Shown here one piece after another: positions 61,071 to 64,000 of a stretch of 64,000 bases of DNA; positions within the stretch are counted from its first letter, which is position 1; each line of letters starts with the position of its first letter. The notes under the pieces were generated by a model. The model saw only the letters and a program-made list of their open reading frames with translations. It had not been told where the DNA came from and did no database searches. The stretch is taken from the NCBI GenBank assembly GCA_040901985.1, contig JBBDYC010000005.1, positions 56,423 through 120,422 of the forward strand. Direction: 5' to 3'. The position numbers and the translations under genes are program-made. Source of the stretch: Gemmatimonadaceae bacterium. Its GTDB lineage: Bacteria; Gemmatimonadota; Gemmatimonadetes; Gemmatimonadales; Gemmatimonadaceae.

Positions 61071-62024
61071 CTACTCGGCGGCCGTGTCCCGTTCGGCCGC
61101 CTCCGCCCCCTCAGCTTCCGGCGCCTCGGCGGCGTCGGCGGCGTCGGCGTCACCCGATTCGCCGGCCTCGCCGGCCTCGGCCCCGCCCTTCAGGCGGGCC
61201 GCGATCGCTTCCGGCTTGGCGCGGCGGCGGCGCGGACGGCGCTTGCGGCGGCGATCCTCGTCGGTCTCCTTCTCCGTGCCGCGCTCCGACGACCAGGTCG
61301 TGCTCTCCCCCGTGTCGTCGACGTCCGGTCGGGCCGGCGCCTCGCGGCGGGCCGCCTCGAGGGCATCGGAGATCGCCTTCGTGATCAGTTCCACCGAGCG
61401 GATCGCATCGTCGTTGGCGGCGATCGGCACGGTGATGAGGTCGGGGTCGGAGTTGGTGTCGCAGATGGCGATGATCGGGATGCCGAGCTTGTTGGCCTCG
61501 TCCACCGCGATCTTTTCCTTCTTGGCGTCCACCACGAACATCAGCCCGGGGATGCGGCTCATCGTCTTGATGCCCGAGAGGTTCTTGGCCAGCTTGTCGC
61601 GCTGGCGGGTCATCATCAGCGCTTCCTTCTTGGTGTAGTTCTCGAAGGTGCCGCCCGCCTCGGACCCGGCCTCGAGTTCCTTCAGCTTGCGGACCTGCTT
61701 CTTGACGGTCGCGAAGTTGGTCAGCAGGCCGCCCAGCCAGCGCTCGGTGACGTGCATCGCGCCGGCGCGCTCGGCCTCCGCGGCGACGATCTGCGCGAGT
61801 TGGCGCTTGGTGCAGACGTAGAGGATCGCCTCCCCGCGCATCGTGACCTCGCGCACGAGCTGCTGCGCGAGCTCGAGCTGCTTGAGCGTCTTCTGGAGGT
61901 CAATGATGTGGATCCCGTTGCGCTCCGCGAAGATGAAGCGGCGCATCTTGGGATTCCAACGGCGCGTCTGGTGGCCGAAGTGCACACCGGCCTTGAGGAG
62001 CTCTTCGAGCTGGGGCAGCGACAT
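61071..62024 (-). CDS. rpsB: 30S ribosomal protein S2 with long C-terminal tail
   Basis: AGVHFGHQTRRWNPKM, RWLGGLLTN and NDDAIRS. Confidence 0.98.
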   Translation of the reverse strand: MSLPQLEELLKAGVHFGHQTRRWNPKMRRFIFAERNGIHIIDLQKTLKQLELAQQLVREVTMRGEAILYVCTKRQLAQIVAAEAERAGAMHVTERWLGGLLTNFATVKKQVRKLKELEAGSEAGGTFENYTKKEALMMTRQRDKLAKNLSGIKTMSRIPGLMFVVDAKKEKIAVDEANKLGIPIIAICDTNSDPDLITVPIAANDDAIRSVELITKAISDALEAARREAPARPDVDDTGESTTWSSERGTEKETDEDRRRKRRPRRRRAKPEAIAARLKGGAEAGEAGESGDADAADAAEAPEAEGAEAAERDTAAE

Positions 62025-62141
62025 CGTGGGTCCCTTCTGAGTGGTTGAGAACGTTGCCTCGCGTCAGCGCTTCGCATCACCGCGGTCTGGCTGCGGCACC
62101 GATGAGAAGCTCGGCTTGGCTGAGAGATGAACTACAACTAC

Positions 62142-62241
62142 ACCTGCAACCTCATACCTGATACCTGATACCTGACACCAGCAACTGAAGGTGGCAGGTG
62201 GCTGGTAGCAGGTGACTGCAACCTGATACCTGAAACCTGGA
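62142..62241. repeat. Heptamer repeat array with an internal inverted block
   Basis: Six ACCTGAT-like units (62142-62183), four inverted AGGTGGC-like units (62189-62216), then three ACCTGAN-like units (62221-62241). Confidence 0.85.
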
Positions 62242-62637
62242 TTAGCGCTTGCTGAACTGGAACTTCTTGCGCGCCTTCGGACGGCCCGGCTTCTTGCGCT
62301 CCACCGCGCGGGCATCGCGCGTGAGGAGGCCGAGGTCGCGGAGCTTCCGACGATGCGTTTCGTCAATCTTCACGAGCGCGCGGGCAATCGCGAGCCGGAG
62401 TGCGCCGGCCTGGCCGGTCTGGCCGCCGCCGGCAAGGCTCGCCTGCACATCATAGGTGCCGAGCGTCTCGGTCACGTTGAACGGCTGCTGGATCGCCGAG
62501 ACCAGCGCCGGACGCGGGAAGTAGTCCCCGAGTGTCCGGCCGTTGAGCTCCCACTTCCCCGAACCCGGGGTGAGGAACACGCGGCACACGGCTTCCTTGC
62601 GGCGGCCAATCGTATGGGTCGTCGTGGTGTCAGCCAT
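62242..62637 (-). CDS. rpsI: 30S ribosomal protein S9
   Basis: GRRKEA, GGGQTGQAGA and ERKKPGRPKARKKFQFSKR. Confidence 0.98.
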   Translation of the reverse strand: MADTTTTHTIGRRKEAVCRVFLTPGSGKWELNGRTLGDYFPRPALVSAIQQPFNVTETLGTYDVQASLAGGGQTGQAGALRLAIARALVKIDETHRRKLRDLGLLTRDARAVERKKPGRPKARKKFQFSKR

Positions 62638-63090
62638 TTACTTCACCTCGGCCTGCGGGAAGGTGAGCCGCTCGGGCTGCTGCGCGGCGTGCGGATGCCG
62701 GGCGTCGGGGTAGACGCGGAGCTTGAGCCGCAGCTTTTGCCGGCCGAGCGCGGTCTTGGGCAGCATCCCGAAGACGGCCTTCTCGATCACCCGCTCCGGA
62801 TGCTTGGCGAGCATCGAGGCGAGCGGCGTGAAGCGCTCGTGGCCCATATAGCCGGTGTGGTGGTAGTAGTTCTTCTGTTCGAGCTTCCGGCCAGTGACGC
62901 GGACCTTCGACGCGTTGATCACGATGACAAAGTCCCCGGTGTCCATATGGGGAGTGAACATCGGCTTGTGCTTGCCGCGGATGATCCGGGCGACCTCGGT
63001 CGCAAGGCGACCAAGCACCATCCCCTCGGCGTCCACAACGAACCACTTGGATTCGATGTCGCTCGGGGTGGCGGAGAACGTGCTGCGCAT
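62638..63090 (-). CDS. rplM: 50S ribosomal protein L13
   Basis: WFVVDA...LGRLA, RGKHKP.FTPH.DTGD and GMLPK. Confidence 0.98.
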   Translation of the reverse strand: MRSTFSATPSDIESKWFVVDAEGMVLGRLATEVARIIRGKHKPMFTPHMDTGDFVIVINASKVRVTGRKLEQKNYYHHTGYMGHERFTPLASMLAKHPERVIEKAVFGMLPKTALGRQKLRLKLRVYPDARHPHAAQQPERLTFPQAEVK

Positions 63091-63189
63091 TGTGGACCAG
63101 ACCAGATGTAACGAGAGGGACTTCGCCTCACCGGTGCGGGATGCAACCCGGGTCTTGGCCGCCACTTAGGCGTTTTTGGACAGACACGA

Positions 63190-63218
63190 AGGATAGACGG
63201 GGCAAGGAGGAGAGTCAA
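63190..63218 (-). promoter_or_regulatory. sigma70-type promoter of rplM-rpsI
   Basis: Minus strand TTGACT-N17-TATCCT, about 100 nt upstream of rplM. Confidence 0.65.
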
Positions 63219-63486
63219 CCCGCGCAAGTCCAACCCTATCATGGGGCTACCGCTTATTCGAGCTCCACCAATACCGCCCCCTCCCTGCCGCCACGGGCCG
63301 CGAATCTCGCACCGCCGTCGTCGAGTGCCCATTTCCAGCCATTGTACGCGAAAAAAAAAACGAACTTGACATCTAGGATCGCTAAACACGTTCATTACGT
63401 GCCCTCCACTACGGTATTGCGCCCACTAAGTATTGACAAGTCGTGCGCGACCCCCCCACCCTGTCTGCATACCAGACAACGAGGCG

Positions 63487-64000
63487 ATGATGCACGGAAT
63501 ACGAGCGCGTGGCACCGGCAGGACTCTCACTAGCGCAGCCGTAGCGCTACTCATCATTGGGGGGGGGGGGCGGCGGGTGCGCGGATGAACTCGGCGTCGG
63601 TCCGGGAGCGCCTGCGCAGTTAAGTGAAGGGTACACCCGCATCACCGGAGTCAATGCAGCGATTCCCGCGCTCCGCACCATGCGTGATACCCTGCCCGCG
63701 CGAACAATCGAGTTGGACCCCGACCGTTCGGCGGAGCCGGATGTCGAGGCGCTCATTGGCCGAGTGGCGGCGAACGACGGCCGCGTTCTCATCGGCATCA
63801 AGCCGGCCGGCGCGGAACGATCGCGGACCACGGGGGTTGTCTCTGCCCTGGGCAGGCCGCAGATGCAGGCGGCGCTAACGCAGCTTCGCGCCCTCGAAGT
63901 AGATGTCACTCACACGTATCGCAACTTCACGTTCATTGGTGCGCGGGTGTTGCCTAGTCAGGTCGAGAGCATACTCGCGCTCCCGTTCGTCGATTACGTC
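63487..64000 (+). pseudogene. Probable secreted or lipoprotein protease precursor (subtilase-like prodomain), frameshifted at a G12 tract; runs off the window end
   Basis: MMHGIRARGTGRTLTSAAVALLII is followed by G12 (63559-63570) and stops at 63588. In the shifted frame, GGCADELG... stays open to the window end and finishes RNFTFIGARVLPSQVESILALPFVDYV, resembling an I9 propeptide. Confidence 0.5.

Noticed and set aside
62025..62125. Ribosomal-protein leader RNAs upstream of rpsB (also rpsO 54730-54785 and rplM 63091-63185)
   Set aside because: They are plausible by position and contain small hairpins, but I cannot match them to a defined family without a covariance-model search.
62142..62241. 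CRISPR array
   Set aside because: The units are 7-bp tandem repeats without unique spacers, and there are no cas genes.

Overview
This is a very GC-rich, gene-dense bacterial chromosomal segment. Gene order and the tmRNA tag suggest a Gemmatimonadota-like organism (inference). Most genes are housekeeping: aspS (partial), rlmN, a split trp cluster, lexA, truA, an HtrA protease, a pur operon containing psd-pssA, a chrA-arsR-arsM-arsN2 metalloid cluster, tmRNA, dusB-larB-GGDEF, guaA, lysA, proS, hisS, folC, accD, mreBCD-mrdA-rodA, ald, pnp, rpsO, rseP-dxr-cdsA-uppS-frr-pyrH-tsf-rpsB and rpsI-rplM. The window ends in a lower-GC segment holding a frameshifted probable lipoprotein protease. I saw no integrase, transposase, CRISPR array or rRNA/tRNA. 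The main observations are: (1) a signalling module coupled inside the trp operon, made of a HEAT-repeat protein and an HD-GYP protein that appear to share an N-terminal domain, plus a GAF-MCP; (2) a divergent lexA in that cluster, with a duplicated CTTCGGGnnnTGTTCGG candidate operator overlapping the trpC start; (3) a transaldolase-fold protein lacking its catalytic residues; (4) apparent window-wide avoidance of RTCGAY; (5) several probable leaderless genes; (6) intergenic heptamer tandem repeats; (7) a G12 tract that frameshifts a signal peptide. All calls come from reading motifs by eye; no searches were run.
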